DNA of 64,000 nucleotides. It comes from Vicugna vicugna. Taxonomy: Eukaryota. Below the pieces are notes generated by a model. That model ran no database searches. It saw nothing but the letters and a program-made list of their open reading frames with translations, and was not told the origin of the DNA. The stretch spans positions 74,312-138,311 of the forward strand of contig MU058205.1 in the NCBI GenBank assembly GCA_013265495.1. Direction: 5' to 3'. Both the position numbers and the translations under genes were made by a program. Shown piece by piece: positions 61,316 through 64,000 of this stretch. Numbering within the stretch: position 1 is the stretch's first letter; each line of letters begins with the position of its first letter.

Positions 61316-63344
61316 AGAACAAGCACTTTTAAGACGTGTGCCTGGATTTGGACAGAACTTTTTCCTGTGTGGATTGAGAGCACTTCAGAATCCCAGGTTG
61401 TGGTGAGGAAGGTGGCTGGAGTGGAGACCCTGTGGGGTCTGGAATGCTGGTGCTAAGCCCTGAATTGTCCCATTTATAATTTACCCCTTGGTTTTATCAA
61501 GCTCTTCAGGATACGTTTGCTCAAAAAGAATCATTCCAGTTTTGTTTTAGATGACAGCTCAGGGGCGATGTCTGAACCCATCAGAAGCTAAGAGCGAAAA
61601 GCTTTGCTACATGGTCCGACCTAGTGCCACTCATTGAGCAAAAACCTACTAGGTTCTTACTCTGCTCTGTGATAGATGCTAGGAACAGAAAGACAGAGAA
61701 GAGATATTCTTGATGACTCAGAATCTGGAGGAGGAGAGAGCCATGCAAGGAAGAAGGTGTGGCAGCGGTGATGTGTCCTGCAGAGATGTGGGGAGGGAGG
61801 GCTGAGCTCATAGCCTGGGTGGCAGGCAGCCTTCGCAGGTTGACGTGAATGTGAGTCCTAATGGATAAGAAGAATTCTCAGGTAGAAAAGGTGGGCAGTG
61901 GCTCTCCACGGCAAAGGAACAGTGTATACAAAGACATGAGCTGCATGATCAGGAGGTGTGAGAAATCTGGTTTGGAAAAATGTGTATGTTTGGAAGGGCA
62001 TCAGAAAAGTAGCCAGTGGCCAGAGCAAGAAAAGCCCTGTTATCTGTTACTCAGGGCTTTTTTCCCATAGTTGCTAATGAACGACTTACTACGGCTTTAT
62101 AGGCAATAAAAGCAAATAAATCACTGTAACAAAGCTTTGTAGCATCGATGCAGAAAACCCAAGTGCATTTTCCTAGACTTCTCCGAGGCAGCCATTCTCC
62201 TACCTTGAGTTCTCCAAGGCATCAAGCATTAAAAAGGAAAGAGGAAGAAAAATAAAATGAAAAGGAAGAGGAATGTATTCACCAAGATCTTAACTGAATT
62301 GGCGACATGGTAAGACCAGGAGGTAGCGGGAGCTTGCTCCAGATGGCAGAAATGCTCTCTATTAATTAATCATCACTGTAGTTAATTAAACTTTTGGATG
62401 AACATAATGAAAGAACATTTGAAAGTCTCAGCTGAAAGGTTAGTTAAGGCTAACCTCCGCTGAGAGAGTTGGCTTTGTTCCATACAAGGAGCTATAGTTA
62501 TAGCTGGAGAAAGTGCTAGGATGCTTTTCAGCTTTCATGGTGATTGATTGCTATTTTGGGGAAACCGACAAAGAGAAATAACGTCACCAGACAAAGCTCC
62601 TGCTTTGTTTCTCAATTACAAGCATGTCCTCTAGAAATTCATACAAGGAGAATTACAGTCAGTAAACAAATATACGGAGAGATTCTCAACCTCACTTCTA
62701 ACCAAAGCCATTAGAACTGAAATATCAGGAAAGAATCACTTTATGCCCATTCACTCAGTGGGGCACTCGAACAGAATGACTTAACGCAGGCTTTTACTTT
62801 TTATTCTGCACGCTAGTGGGATCTTTGCCACACTTAGTTGCACTTATTTACATTCAAAATAATATAGGCTCACTAAATTATCTAATTGTACAATATTGAA
62901 ACCAGACAATAACCAATTCCTGATCTAATATACTCATATGATTGGCATGCATAAGAGCTTTCATGGTACAAATACCTCTAAAACTGCCCAAAACATGGGG
63001 ATAGCAAGAGTTAGCAAGACTGGTGGTTGTACATATTAGAAAGTATTTATTCAGCAAAGTTATGATGGCCAAATTCTGTATATCAGACATTTAAAAAAAA
63101 GCACTAATTTTGAGAATAACTAGTGATCTCCTTTCACTAGTAATACTGCTTTCAGAAATATCCTAGGAAATAATCTTCACTCCCACTCTACTCCAAAGAA
63201 AATCCTGCACTAAGTGTATACATAAACAAAAATGGTTATTTCAGCATCGTTATTTATAAATAACTGGAAAACTCAAAGTCACATAACTGCCCAATGATAT
63301 AAAAATGTGTATTCAATTATCACATTATAGTTCATCTACTGCAT

Positions 63345-63645
63345 TTGTCAGATAGAACAGGTTATGGTCCAAATAACAAACAACTCCAGAAACTGCAGTC
63401 GTCTAAGACACCAAAGGCTTGTCTCTTGCCTATTTACTGCCCAATGTAAGTTGAACAACTCACCAGAAAATCTCTCCTCCATGCAGTGATGTGGGGACCC
63501 AGACCACTGCACAATGTGAGGCACTGTCTCATCCCATGGCTTGCAGGAAGGGGAGGAGAGAAAACATGAAAAACTCACAACATCTTTTAAATAGTCTGAC
63601 CAGAAGTGATGTATCACTTCTGCTCACTATGTTTTTGCCCATTGT
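63345..63645 (-). mobile_element. old MLT1-type LTR
   Basis: ggttatggtccaaataacaaacaactccagaaac...cagaagtgatgtatcacttctgctcac. Confidence 0.55.
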
Positions 63646-63699
63646 CCGACTGAGTTGTTTGTTTCCTACTGTGTTTTAAGAGTTTTAAAAAATACATTC

Positions 63700-63860
63700 T
63701 AAAAAAATATGAAAATGGATATATGCATGTATTTGCGTGACTGGGACATTGTGCTGTGCCCCAGAAATTGACACACTGTAATTGACTGTACTGCAATTAA
63801 AAAATATATATACACTTGTATATAAAATAAATAAATAAATAAATATAAATATATATATAT
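63700..63860 (+). mobile_element. very short L1 3'-terminal insertion
   Basis: aatatgaaaatggatatatgcatg...ccagaaattgacacactgtaattgactgtactgcaattaaaaaa. Confidence 0.8.
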
Positions 63861-64000
63861 ACTAGATACTCGTTCTTTGTCAGACAGATGGTTTAAAAAT
63901 AGTGTTTTCCACTCTGTTGCTGGCTTTTCATCCTCTGAACAGGAGAGTGAAAGTTTTAAATTTGATGAAATCTGATTCACCAATTGTTCCTTTTATAGAT

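Noticed and set aside
1..64000. Repeat strand bias as proof of lying within a + strand gene intron
   Set aside because: The minus excess (about 10 vs 6 SINEs) is too weak and no exon could be identified; the host locus is not assignable from sequence alone.

Overview
This is mammalian, repeat-rich non-coding DNA, most likely camelid: about 16 copies of a tRNA-Ala-derived SINE match what I recall as the camelid vic-1 family. I can support no intact protein-coding gene, rRNA, true tRNA or CRISPR array. ORF-track hits are L1 remnants, pseudogene fragments or noise. The one gene-derived feature is a full-length, heavily decayed EEF1A1 processed pseudogene (~24050-26235, +). It lies inside a HAL1-like relic and is split by an MLT1 LTR. 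The rest is L1, L2, MIR, MLT1/ERV solo LTRs and DNA-transposon fossils, plus several repeat-free, motif-dense blocks that look like enhancers. The most interesting structure is a ~3 kb TSD-flanked composite retroelement (49475-52505, -). It has an L1 5'UTR and ORF1, no intact ORF2, and passenger DNA ending in an older L1MC-type 3' end, and it is nested in a younger L1 tail inside a Tigger element. Also notable are SINE+L1-tail units under a single TSD and an unidentified polyadenylated sequence present twice. Repeat family names are from memory of consensus sequences, no database search was run, and most boundaries are approximate.
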